A stretch of DNA of 32,000 nucleotides from Candidatus Nanopusillus sp. (GTDB taxonomy: Archaea; Nanobdellota; Nanobdellia; Nanobdellales; Nanobdellaceae), in NCBI GenBank assembly GCA_028275775.1, contig JAPWTZ010000002.1, positions 10,092 through 42,091 of the forward strand, read 5' to 3'. Both the position numbers and the translations under genes were made by a program. Positions 8,977 to 17,955 of this stretch are shown piece after piece (the stretch's first letter is position 1; the number at the start of each line of letters is the position of its first letter). The notes beneath the pieces were generated by a model that saw only the letters and a list, made by a program, of their open reading frames with translations, ran no database searches and was not told where the DNA came from.

Positions 8977-10614
8977 ATGAAAGTTGGTTATGTTATAAAA
9001 GAAGCAACATCTGAATATTTTTATTTTGTTGTTGATCCAAAGGAAAGGTATTCAGTAGGTATTGGGAGTATAGTTAAAGTAAAAATTGGTGATTTCTTTT
9101 ATTTTGGAATAATTGAAGATTTAAAATCAGAAGCTATTGAAGAGGAAAGATTGTTTGATTATGAGGCAATAGAATTATTATATGGACAAATGAAAAAATT
9201 ACAGTATTTAATAATTGGAAAAGCTATATTTATTGGAGTAATAAAAAATGGAAAAATATTACAAGAAAAACCAAAAACACCACCAGTTCCTGGGGATGAA
9301 GTATTTTTACCAGAAGAGGAGGAAGTAAGTAAAATATATTCATTTGAAGAAAAGGAGTTATCAATACCTTTAGGAAAAATAAATTTACAAAATAAAGAAT
9401 TTATTGTAGATTTAAATATAAAGAATTTAATTATAAGACATACTGGTATATTTGGAATAACAGGTTCTGGAAAAAGTACAACAGTTGCTCATATAGTAAA
9501 TGAATTATCAAAGAAAAATATACCAATATTGTTATTTGATATTCATAGAGATTATATATTATCTTTTGAAAATTCTATAATAATAACATTTAGTAAAAGG
9601 GAGAAGGAATTTATTGAGAAATTAATAAGTGAAAGAAATAAGAAAAATGTAATAGTATATAATGCAAAATTACCATTAAAATATATAAAAGATTATATGG
9701 AAAGTTTCTTGGGAATATCAGGAAAACAAGCTCCCCATGTATATTCTTTATTATATAGAATTTTATCATTAGAAGAGGGAAAAGCACCGAAATTTATGGA
9801 TAAATTATTAGAAATGGTAAATAAAAGGGATCCTCCTCAGGTATTTGAAAAATATAAAAATAGAGAAGATGTAATAAGATCATTGCAATCAAGATTGTTA
9901 AGGATAAAGGATTGGATGCTATTTCCAAGAAATGTAGATGATATGGGTGAAAATGTAGATGAATTATTTAATAAATTATTAGAAGATATCAGAAACTTTA
10001 GTATTTCAGATTATAATATAATTAAAGAAGAAAATGGGGAAGTATATTTAGAAGAATCTAGTAAATTTATTCCAAGGGTAATTATATTTGATTTATATCC
10101 ATTATCAATAGAAGAACAGAGAATATTAATAGATATATTATTAGAAATTGCTTATGAAAAATATAAATCTTGGAAATTTAATAATAAAACAGATATTTTG
10201 GGAATTGTAATTGAAGAAGCACATAGATTTGCATCAAAAAATAGTGAAGTTTCTTCAAAAATATCTCTAATTGCAAGGGAGGGAAGAAAATTTGGTTTAG
10301 GATTAATTTTGGTATCTCAAGTACCTTCTAGTATTATTGAAGATATTACATCTCAATTAAATACATTTATTTTATTAAAGATAATTAATCCAAAAGATTT
10401 AGAATTTATAAGAAAAACATGTCCATATTTATCTAGAGAATATTTTGAAGCGTTAACAAAATTAGAAACTGGTTCATGTCTAGCAGTTGGATTGGCATTA
10501 AAAAATCCTGCAATATTAAAAGTAATAAAATCTGTAGAAGTTGGTGGAACAGAGGAGGATATAGATAATATAATAAGAGAGAGAATATTATATGGAAGTA
10601 AAACTAATTCTTAA
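8977..10614 (+). CDS. herA: HerA-type hexameric DNA translocase/helicase (DUF87 ATPase with N-terminal HAS-barrel)
   Basis: Walker A GITGSGKST, LLFDIHRDY (HerA D-x-H-G-E-Y-like), Walker B IVIEEAHRF, and IAREGRKFGLGLILVSQVPS...ILLKIINPKDLEFI. I start at ATG 8977 (MKVGYVIKEAT...), a barrel-like N-terminus. Confidence 0.8.
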   Translation: MKVGYVIKEATSEYFYFVVDPKERYSVGIGSIVKVKIGDFFYFGIIEDLKSEAIEEERLFDYEAIELLYGQMKKLQYLIIGKAIFIGVIKNGKILQEKPKTPPVPGDEVFLPEEEEVSKIYSFEEKELSIPLGKINLQNKEFIVDLNIKNLIIRHTGIFGITGSGKSTTVAHIVNELSKKNIPILLFDIHRDYILSFENSIIITFSKREKEFIEKLISERNKKNVIVYNAKLPLKYIKDYMESFLGISGKQAPHVYSLLYRILSLEEGKAPKFMDKLLEMVNKRDPPQVFEKYKNREDVIRSLQSRLLRIKDWMLFPRNVDDMGENVDELFNKLLEDIRNFSISDYNIIKEENGEVYLEESSKFIPRVIIFDLYPLSIEEQRILIDILLEIAYEKYKSWKFNNKTDILGIVIEEAHRFASKNSEVSSKISLIAREGRKFGLGLILVSQVPSSIIEDITSQLNTFILLKIINPKDLEFIRKTCPYLSREYFEALTKLETGSCLAVGLALKNPAILKVIKSVEVGGTEEDIDNIIRERILYGSKTNS

Positions 10615-10900
10615 TGGAATAGGAAATAATTTTTTATTTTCTGAACAAGATATATATAAATTTTTTGATTATCTAATTGATAAATATAAATTGGTAATAA
10701 ATAATAAAAAAATAATAATATCTGATAAAGAGAAATTTTCTTCTTTTTTATTTGATACAAATAAATTCACTATTGCATTAAATTATTGGGAAAGAATTGA
10801 TTATTGTTTTATATATATTTCTTCAGATAATTTTGATCTATCAAATTTAGTTCATGATTTATTAGAATATTTAAAACCCAAATATTTTAAAATTGTATAA
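10592..10900 (+). CDS. hypothetical 102-aa protein, translationally coupled to herA (23-nt overlap)
   Basis: The ORF overlaps the herA 3' end and I recognise no confident family. By eye the C-terminal half (FLFDTNKFTIALNYWERIDYCFIYISSDNFDL) parallels the LLAESHISIHTWPE...DVFTCG core of small archaeal AdoMet decarboxylase-like proteins. The Glu-Ser self-processing pair is missing. The confidence value is for the ORF being real, not for this function. Confidence 0.45.
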   Translation: MEVKLILNGIGNNFLFSEQDIYKFFDYLIDKYKLVINNKKIIISDKEKFSSFLFDTNKFTIALNYWERIDYCFIYISSDNFDLSNLVHDLLEYLKPKYFKIV

Positions 10901-10919
10901 AGATCAAAATTATTTATAT

Positions 10920-11003
10920 GCCGCGGTGCCCGAGTGGTCCAAGGGGTATGGCTTGAGACCATATCCCCGAAAGGGGGCGTGGGTTCAAATCCCACCCGCG
11001 GCG
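10920..11003 (+). tRNA. tRNA-Ser (anticodon UGA), class II with long variable arm, no intron, no encoded CCA
   Basis: Manual cloverleaf: acceptor GCCGCGG/CCGCGGC, discriminator G. Anticodon stem TATGG/CCATA with loop CTTGAGA (anticodon TGA). Variable arm CCCC-GAAA-GGGG. T arm GTGGG-TTCAAAT-CCCAC. 56/84 nt are G/C (67%). Confidence 0.9.
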
Positions 11004-11032
11004 TTTATATAAATTTTTTATAAATATAATTA

Positions 11033-11353
11033 ATGGAATTTAATGAATATCAAGAAAGGGCAAAAGAAACTGCAATGTATCCAAATAAATTGGATGGTGG
11101 ATTTTTCTATACTGCATTAGCATTGGCTGGAGAAGTTGGAGAATTATTAAATAAAATAAAGAAAATTGCTAGAGATAATATTCAAATAAAAAGGGAAGAA
11201 ATTATATCTGAACTTGGGGATATTCTATGGTATCTTTCAGAGACTGCAAGAAACTTTAATATTTCTTTAGAAGAAGTTGCAGAATATAATTTGAAAAAAA
11301 TTAGAAGTAGAAAAGAAAGGGGAACCTTACAAGGTAGTGGAGATAATAGATAG
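11033..11353 (+). CDS. MazG-like all-alpha nucleoside triphosphate pyrophosphohydrolase
   Basis: 106 aa with the characteristic LAGEVGELLNKIKK ... ELGDILWYL pair of metal-binding helices. Confidence 0.75.
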   Translation: MEFNEYQERAKETAMYPNKLDGGFFYTALALAGEVGELLNKIKKIARDNIQIKREEIISELGDILWYLSETARNFNISLEEVAEYNLKKIRSRKERGTLQGSGDNR

Positions 11354-11407
11354 AAATAAAGGATTTTTTGTTATTATCTTTTTAAATAATAAAGAGGTTT
11401 TTATAGT

Positions 11408-13849
11408 ATGAATGATAATGTAGATTTATCAAAGGTTCTTCAAGAATTAAATTCAGATTTGAATTATGGTTTAACAAAGGAAGAAGTTGATAAAAGGTTA
11501 AAAGAATATGGATATAATTTAATTGAAGAAAAGAAAGAAAGTAATTTGATTAAATTTTTGAAAAAATTTATTTCATTTTCTTCAATAATGTTGGAAATTA
11601 TTATAGTCTTATATTTTATATTTGGAAGGTATATAGATGCGTCTTTAGTTTTATCTCTATTATTTATTAATGTATTAATATCTTTTATTCATGAAGAAAA
11701 GGCAAATAAAGCATTAGAATTGTTAAAAGAAAAATTACAAATACAAGCAAGAGTATTAAGAGAAGGACAATGGAAATTAATTGAATCAAAATATTTGGTT
11801 CCTGGAGATATAATTAGATTAAGAGCTGGAGATATATCCCCTGCAGATTGTATAATTTTTAGTGATGATACATTAGAAATAGATCAATCAATATTAACGG
11901 GAGAATCTTTAACAGTTGAAAAGAAAAAGGGACAGATTGTATATTCAGGATCAATTATAAGAAGAGGAGAAGCAAATTGTATTGTATATAAAACTGGAAA
12001 GAATACATATTTTGGAAGAACAGTAGAATTAGTATCTACAGCAAGACCAAAATTGCATATTGAAGAAATAACAAATAAAGTTATATTTGCATTATTAATA
12101 ATTGTGTTAATATTTGGAGGATTAACATTACTATTTTCATTTTTATATGTTCATAATTTAGAATTTATACTTTCTACAGTATTGCCTTTAATTATATCTT
12201 TATTACTTTTTGCAATTCCAGTAGCATTACCTGCAATGATAACAGTTACTTTAGCAGTTGGTTCTATGGAATTATCAAAAAAGGGAGCATTAATTACAAG
12301 ATTATCTGCAATAGAAGACGCTGCAACAATGACAACATTATGTTCTGATAAAACAGGTACTTTGACATATAATAAATTATCTATAACTGACATAAAAGAA
12401 TTAAATAATTATAAAAAAGAAGATGTAATATTATATGGAACATTAGCATCACAAGAATCAAATAATGACCCAATAGATATGGCATTTATTAATAAAGCAA
12501 AAGAAATGAATATAAATAAAAATGATTATAAAATATTGGAGTTTAAGCCATTTGATCCTTCTACTAGGAGAACAGAAGCAAAAGTATTATATAAAGATAA
12601 AGTATTTTATGTATCAAAAGGTGCTGTAAATATTATATTTAATGATTTATGTAAAATAAATATACCTGAAGAAGTATCAAAAATAGTTGATGATTTTGCA
12701 TCAAGAGGTTATAGAACCTTGGCAGTTGCAATAAATAATAATAATAAATGGGAACCTGTTGGTCTTGTTGCATTATACGATGTACCAAGAAAAGATACTC
12801 CAGAATTAATTAAAAAATTAAAAGATCTTGGAATAAAAGTAAAAATGTTAACTGGAGATTCATTACCAATTGCAAAAGAAATTGGAAAAGAAATTGGATT
12901 AGATTATAATAAAGCAGTATCTGGAAATGAATTAAGAGAATTATTAAAAAGTGATCCTGATAAAGCAAGGAAATTAATTAATGAATCTGAAATATTTGCA
13001 GAAATATATCCTGAGGATAAATATTATATTGTAAAAAATTTACAAGATAAAAAAGAAATTGTTGGAATGACTGGAGATGGTGTAAATGATTCTCCATCAT
13101 TAAAACAAGCGGAAGTTGGTATAGCAGTATATAATGCAACAGATGTTGCAAAATCTGCAGCTTCTGTTGTATTAACAGTAGAAGGTTTAAGAGGTATTGT
13201 GGATTTGGTTACAATTGGGAGATCTGTATATCAAAGAGTTGTTACATGGATATTAACAAAAATAAATAAGACAATAGAAATTGCATTATTTGTTTTATCA
13301 GTATTTCTATTTACTACGATCATTTATCATAGTCCATTATATATTTTATCATCTACAGATGTATTATTATTTTTCTTTATTATAGATTTTCAAACAATAG
13401 CATTATCTGTAGATAATGAAAGAGGATCTCAATATCCTGAAAAATGGAATATATTAAAATTGGTAAAATATGCAGGTACAATGGGTATATTTACATTTTC
13501 TGAAATGGCTTTGTTATTATATATAGCATTAAATATATTTAAGATAAATAAGGTTAATCTTTTACATTCTTTCTTCTTTATAGCAATAACATATTTTGGT
13601 TTATTAATGCCATATGTATTTAGGGAAAAAGACAGATTTTATAAATCAAAACCTAGTAAATCTTTCTTAATATCTACAATTGCAGGATTGATAATTGCAA
13701 GTTTAATTTCATTATTTGGATTTGGAATAGTTGTTCCAATAAATATTTACTATTATTTATTTATAGTATTTTATAGTTTATTCTTTATATTTTTAGTAAA
13801 TGATAATATAAAGATATTATTAAAAAGGTTTGGAATTGGAAGGGTCTAA
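11408..13849 (+). CDS. P-type cation-transporting ATPase (motif pattern closest to type IIIA H+ / type II pumps)
   Basis: 813 aa. TGES actuator motif, phosphorylation site CSDKTGTLTYNKL (DKTGT at 12347-12361), MLTGD, MTGDGVNDSPSLKQAEVGIAV hinge, and about 10 TM helices. Ion specificity cannot be read from the sequence. Confidence 0.9.
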   Translation: MNDNVDLSKVLQELNSDLNYGLTKEEVDKRLKEYGYNLIEEKKESNLIKFLKKFISFSSIMLEIIIVLYFIFGRYIDASLVLSLLFINVLISFIHEEKANKALELLKEKLQIQARVLREGQWKLIESKYLVPGDIIRLRAGDISPADCIIFSDDTLEIDQSILTGESLTVEKKKGQIVYSGSIIRRGEANCIVYKTGKNTYFGRTVELVSTARPKLHIEEITNKVIFALLIIVLIFGGLTLLFSFLYVHNLEFILSTVLPLIISLLLFAIPVALPAMITVTLAVGSMELSKKGALITRLSAIEDAATMTTLCSDKTGTLTYNKLSITDIKELNNYKKEDVILYGTLASQESNNDPIDMAFINKAKEMNINKNDYKILEFKPFDPSTRRTEAKVLYKDKVFYVSKGAVNIIFNDLCKINIPEEVSKIVDDFASRGYRTLAVAINNNNKWEPVGLVALYDVPRKDTPELIKKLKDLGIKVKMLTGDSLPIAKEIGKEIGLDYNKAVSGNELRELLKSDPDKARKLINESEIFAEIYPEDKYYIVKNLQDKKEIVGMTGDGVNDSPSLKQAEVGIAVYNATDVAKSAASVVLTVEGLRGIVDLVTIGRSVYQRVVTWILTKINKTIEIALFVLSVFLFTTIIYHSPLYILSSTDVLLFFFIIDFQTIALSVDNERGSQYPEKWNILKLVKYAGTMGIFTFSEMALLLYIALNIFKINKVNLLHSFFFIAITYFGLLMPYVFREKDRFYKSKPSKSFLISTIAGLIIASLISLFGFGIVVPINIYYYLFIVFYSLFFIFLVNDNIKILLKRFGIGRV

Positions 13850-15396
13850 TATTTTTCATAGCCCTTTACAATTGGATTTTCTATTGTATATTTTGTTAAT
13901 ATTCTTGCAGCTTCACTTTCTGTTTTTTTCTTAACCATTGGGAATGGTATAATTTCTTTTATACTTTTTATTCCTAATAATAACATTATTACTCTATCTA
14001 TACCTATTCCAATTCCTCCTGTTGGTGGCATTCCATACATTAATGCTTCTACAAAGTCTTGATCATATAAATGAGCTTCTTCAAAACCCAATTCTCTCAT
14101 TTTTGCCTGTTCCAATAATAATTTATTTTGTAATATTGGATCATTTAATTCAGAATATATATTTGCAACTTCTACTCCTAAAATATATCCTTCTGCCCTT
14201 TCAACTAAGGAAGGATCTTTTCTACTTAATTTACATAAAGGTGTACTCTCTTTTGGATGTTCTATTATATATGTTGGTTCAATTAATTTATCTTCAACTA
14301 ATTCTTCAAATAATGCAGTAATTGCCAAACCTCTATTATATTCTTTTAATTCTAATTGAATATTATGCTGTTTCATTATTTCCATTATTTCTTCATCAGA
14401 TAATTTTGTTACATCTATATTTGCATATTCTTTTAATGCATCATACATCGTTAATCTTCTCCATGGCGGTTTTAATGATATTTTTTTACCATTATATTCA
14501 ATATAATCTTTTCCAATAACATCTTTTGCAATTCCATATATTAAATTTTCTACTAATTCCATCATTTTATCTCTATTTGCATATGCTTCATATGCTTCTA
14601 ACATTGTAAATTCTGGATTATGGGTTACATCTATTGATTCATTCCTAAAATCTGGCCCAATTTCAAATACTTTATTAAATCCACCAACAAGGTATCTTTT
14701 TAAATATAGCTCTGTAGCAATTCTTAAATACCAATTTTCTTTTAAATCGTTTACATATGTAATAAATGGTTTTGCATTTGCTCCCCCATATATTGGTTGT
14801 AATACTGGTGTTTGTACTTCTATATATCCTAAATTTTCAAAATATTTCCTAATATAACTTATTGTTTTAAATCTTATTTCAAAATATCTTCTTACTTCAT
14901 CATTCATTAATAAATCTAAATACCTTTTTCTATATCTTTCTTCTACATCACTAAATCCATACCATTGATCTGGTAAAGAAATTAATGCTTTTGTTAATAT
15001 AATCCAATCTTCAGCAAACACAGATAATTCTCCAGCTTTTGTTCTTCCGACTTTACCATATACACCGATTATATCTCCTCTTTGAATAAATTCATATGCA
15101 TCATCAAAATTTTTTGTTATATCTTTTTTAATAACAGCCTGTATTTTATATCCTTCTTCTTTTATATCATAAAATGCAATTCCACCATGTTTTCTAATTG
15201 AATAAACCCTTCCTGCGATTTTTACATATTTATCCATAAATTTATCAGGATCATTTACTATTTCCTTTACATCATTCGTCTTATCAAATTCATATGGATA
15301 TGGATTATATCCTTTTTCTTTCATCCTTTCTAATACTTTTAGTCTATCTACAATATCTATTTCTAAACCAGTTTGAGATAAATTTTTATCCTCCAT
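13846..15396 (-). CDS. lysS: lysyl-tRNA synthetase, class II
   Basis: 516 aa. N-terminal OB anticodon-binding domain, class II motif 2 DFRNESIDVTHNPEFTMLEAY and motif 3 GGIGIGIDRVIMLL. The 3' end overlaps the ATPase stop by 4 nt. Confidence 0.9.
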   Translation of the reverse strand: MEDKNLSQTGLEIDIVDRLKVLERMKEKGYNPYPYEFDKTNDVKEIVNDPDKFMDKYVKIAGRVYSIRKHGGIAFYDIKEEGYKIQAVIKKDITKNFDDAYEFIQRGDIIGVYGKVGRTKAGELSVFAEDWIILTKALISLPDQWYGFSDVEERYRKRYLDLLMNDEVRRYFEIRFKTISYIRKYFENLGYIEVQTPVLQPIYGGANAKPFITYVNDLKENWYLRIATELYLKRYLVGGFNKVFEIGPDFRNESIDVTHNPEFTMLEAYEAYANRDKMMELVENLIYGIAKDVIGKDYIEYNGKKISLKPPWRRLTMYDALKEYANIDVTKLSDEEIMEIMKQHNIQLELKEYNRGLAITALFEELVEDKLIEPTYIIEHPKESTPLCKLSRKDPSLVERAEGYILGVEVANIYSELNDPILQNKLLLEQAKMRELGFEEAHLYDQDFVEALMYGMPPTGGIGIGIDRVIMLLLGIKSIKEIIPFPMVKKKTESEAARILTKYTIENPIVKGYEKY

Positions 15397-15504
15397 AGCA
15401 TAATTATTTTTAGAATTTATTTTATAGGATTCATTAAAATATCTATATAATCTTCCGGTCTAAGTTCATATATAAATTAGTTTAAAAAAGATTTTTAAAT
15501 ATTC

Positions 15505-16344
15505 TTAATTTGAGTAATTAAGAACATAATTTTTTATTTCATTTATAGTATCTTTATCCTTCATATGCTTAAGTCTCTCTATTTCTTTCTTTATATCTAT
15601 TGAAAAGTTATTTTTATATAAAGTAATATTTGCATGACATTCTCCAATACTATAAGGATTATATTCTTCATTATTTTTAATATATTCTACACAATTTTCT
15701 AAATTTTTTCTTACAATTTCTTTAGCTTTTTCATATTTATACAACTCATTAATATCGAAATATATTAAATATCCTAAGTCAGAAGCTTTTATATCACTTC
15801 TGCCAATAATTTTATGTGATATTTCATGAGCTCCAATAGCATCTATAACAACTTTTGATATAATCTCTTCTATATTATCTTTATTTTTATCTACATATAT
15901 TGGATAATATACTATACGATCTCCCGTAAATTTAAGTGCAACAATATTATCTTCTTTTATTTTCATATTATTAGAATGAAAATTGTTTGATAAGTTATTT
16001 ATTATTTCTTCTAAAGATTTCTTTTTAAAATAAATAGATCTAGTAAATGGTGAATAGTATGCAGTAGCCCTTCTAAACATCAATATTTCATAACCCAACT
16101 CTATAGCATATATTGCAGAAGATATTGGTATATAAATTGTATAATCATAAATTGCTGCCCGAATTAGTAGAATTCCTATAAGAAAATATAATATTAAATT
16201 TTCTGGTAGTTTGTATCCTTCTATAATTCTTAGTCTTACTCTTTTATTTATATTATTTTCTTTTAAATAATTTATAATATTCTTATATTCATTTTTTATT
16301 AAAATCCTATCCAATCTTTCTAATCTTTTATTAGATGTAATCAT
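15505..16344 (-). CDS. hypothetical membrane-anchored protein with an HExxH motif (putative Zn metallopeptidase)
   Basis: 279 aa. Two predicted TM helices lie at about residues 48-90. HEISH sits at residues 173-177 (15814-15828 on the minus strand). I recognise no family. Confidence 0.45.
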   Translation of the reverse strand: MITSNKRLERLDRILIKNEYKNIINYLKENNINKRVRLRIIEGYKLPENLILYFLIGILLIRAAIYDYTIYIPISSAIYAIELGYEILMFRRATAYYSPFTRSIYFKKKSLEEIINNLSNNFHSNNMKIKEDNIVALKFTGDRIVYYPIYVDKNKDNIEEIISKVVIDAIGAHEISHKIIGRSDIKASDLGYLIYFDINELYKYEKAKEIVRKNLENCVEYIKNNEEYNPYSIGECHANITLYKNNFSIDIKKEIERLKHMKDKDTINEIKNYVLNYSN

Positions 16345-16463
16345 TACTATATAGTAATAATAGCAATCTTTATAAATATTATATCTTAAATTTATGAAAC
16401 AATTTTTGAATAAAAAAGATAAAGTAGTATTTATTTAAAAGATTCATAAAGGTATTTTAATTT

Positions 16464-17063
16464 ATGATAGAGAATTATATTAACGTATTCATTACTATGT
16501 TTATTATATTGGGAACTATTCCAAATATATTTGTATTTGAATCTATTTTTGATTCTTTAGGATTAAATATAAATCAAAAAAGATATGCAGTTAATAGAGC
16601 ATTTTTAATTGCATATATATTATGGTTAATAATATTTTTATTTGGTAACTGGTTTTTAATAATTTTGGGAATAAATTTAATAGATTTTAGAATTGCTGGG
16701 GGAATATTTTTATTTTATATTGCATTTGAAATATTGGTAAAAGATATTCCTTCTCATGTAAATATGAAAGATAATAATGAATCTTTAGAAGATATTATTG
16801 CAACTCCTTTAGCAATACCATTAATTACAGGTCCTGGTGTTATTACAACAACATTAATTTATACATCAGAGAATCTCAATTTAATATATTTATTTTTAAC
16901 AATGTCTTTAGCATTTTTAGTTTCCTATATAATAATTTATAATAGTACTTTAATATTGGAAAAAGCTGGAAAGAAGAATTTAATTATTTTAAATAAATTG
17001 GGAGGTTTAATATTATTGGCAATTGCAACAGATATAATTATATCTGCAATAAAAATGTTATAA
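16464..17063 (+). CDS. MarC (UPF0056) family integral membrane protein
   Basis: 199 aa, about 6 TM helices, with the central motif ATPLAIPLITGPGVITT typical of MarC-family proteins. Confidence 0.7.
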   Translation: MIENYINVFITMFIILGTIPNIFVFESIFDSLGLNINQKRYAVNRAFLIAYILWLIIFLFGNWFLIILGINLIDFRIAGGIFLFYIAFEILVKDIPSHVNMKDNNESLEDIIATPLAIPLITGPGVITTTLIYTSENLNLIYLFLTMSLAFLVSYIIIYNSTLILEKAGKKNLIILNKLGGLILLAIATDIIISAIKML

Positions 17064-17888
17064 AATATTTTTATTTGTATTTTTTAAGATGTTCTCTAAA
17101 AAGTGATAAGGATCTTTTACAAGTTCTTCGTATATATTTTTTAAATTTATTCTATGAAGACCATATTCAGCTAAAATATGATATCCAGTACATGCTCCAG
17201 CAGTAAATGGATCTTTATTTATTAGAGAAGGTATAGATTCTAAAATATCTCTACATCCTATTGTATTATATAAAGAAATATAAATTCCAATACTTGATAT
17301 TCCTAATTTAGTAGAAAATGTCTTATAATACGATATAATTGCTAATACATATATTACATATTCTTTTATTTCTTTAGGTAATTTTAATTTTCTGATATTT
17401 TCTGTAGAAAGCAAAAGTCCATGTAATATTATAAATTTTATATAATTTTTAATTAAATTTTTAATTATGTCCTCATATGATGGTTCTTTTTCAGATCGTA
17501 TTGATGACTTTGTTGGTATTGCTATAAGTATTTCCTTTAATGTAGGATTACCTGAAAATAATTGAAATTTTTGAGGAACAAAAATATAACTGCGTTCTTT
17601 ATTATTTTCTATATTATTATAAATATTGATTATTGTTGATATAGCTTTTTTAATTGTAGATTTGTCTAAAAATAAAATATTATACATTTCATCATAAGAG
17701 ATAGGATATTCTAAATTACTAATTAGTATTTTTATATGACGAGGAATTCTTATTTTTCTCTTTGCTAAAAATCCTTTATTATATAATACTTGTTCATGGG
17801 ATTCTCTTTCAATTATGTAGTCTAAGTTATTTAATATTTTTTTCATGACTTCTTTTGTGTTGTTTGAGTTATTTAAAATACTATTCAT
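17058..17888 (-). CDS. hypothetical protein (276 aa), possible N-terminal HTH
   Basis: Long ORF with no competing gene. The segment ISYDEMYNILFLDKSTIKKAISTI looks like a helix-turn-helix. The C-terminal domain is unrecognised. Its stop shares the palindrome TTATAA (17058-17063) with the MarC stop. Confidence 0.45.
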   Translation of the reverse strand: MNSILNNSNNTKEVMKKILNNLDYIIERESHEQVLYNKGFLAKRKIRIPRHIKILISNLEYPISYDEMYNILFLDKSTIKKAISTIINIYNNIENNKERSYIFVPQKFQLFSGNPTLKEILIAIPTKSSIRSEKEPSYEDIIKNLIKNYIKFIILHGLLLSTENIRKLKLPKEIKEYVIYVLAIISYYKTFSTKLGISSIGIYISLYNTIGCRDILESIPSLINKDPFTAGACTGYHILAEYGLHRINLKNIYEELVKDPYHFLENILKNTNKNIL

Positions 17889-17955
17889 AAGTAATTATAA
17901 TTAAAGAAAGTCTTATAATAATTATCAATATATTTTCTTATATATTTTCTATGAT

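Noticed and set aside
10920-13849. tRNA-Ser followed by a small MazG-like gene (a family common in phages) and a large transporter. I considered an integrated element using the tRNA as an att site.
   Set aside because: I saw no integrase and no direct repeat of the GC-rich tRNA 3' end downstream, which would stand out in this AT-rich DNA. Composition and promoter architecture match the rest of the window.
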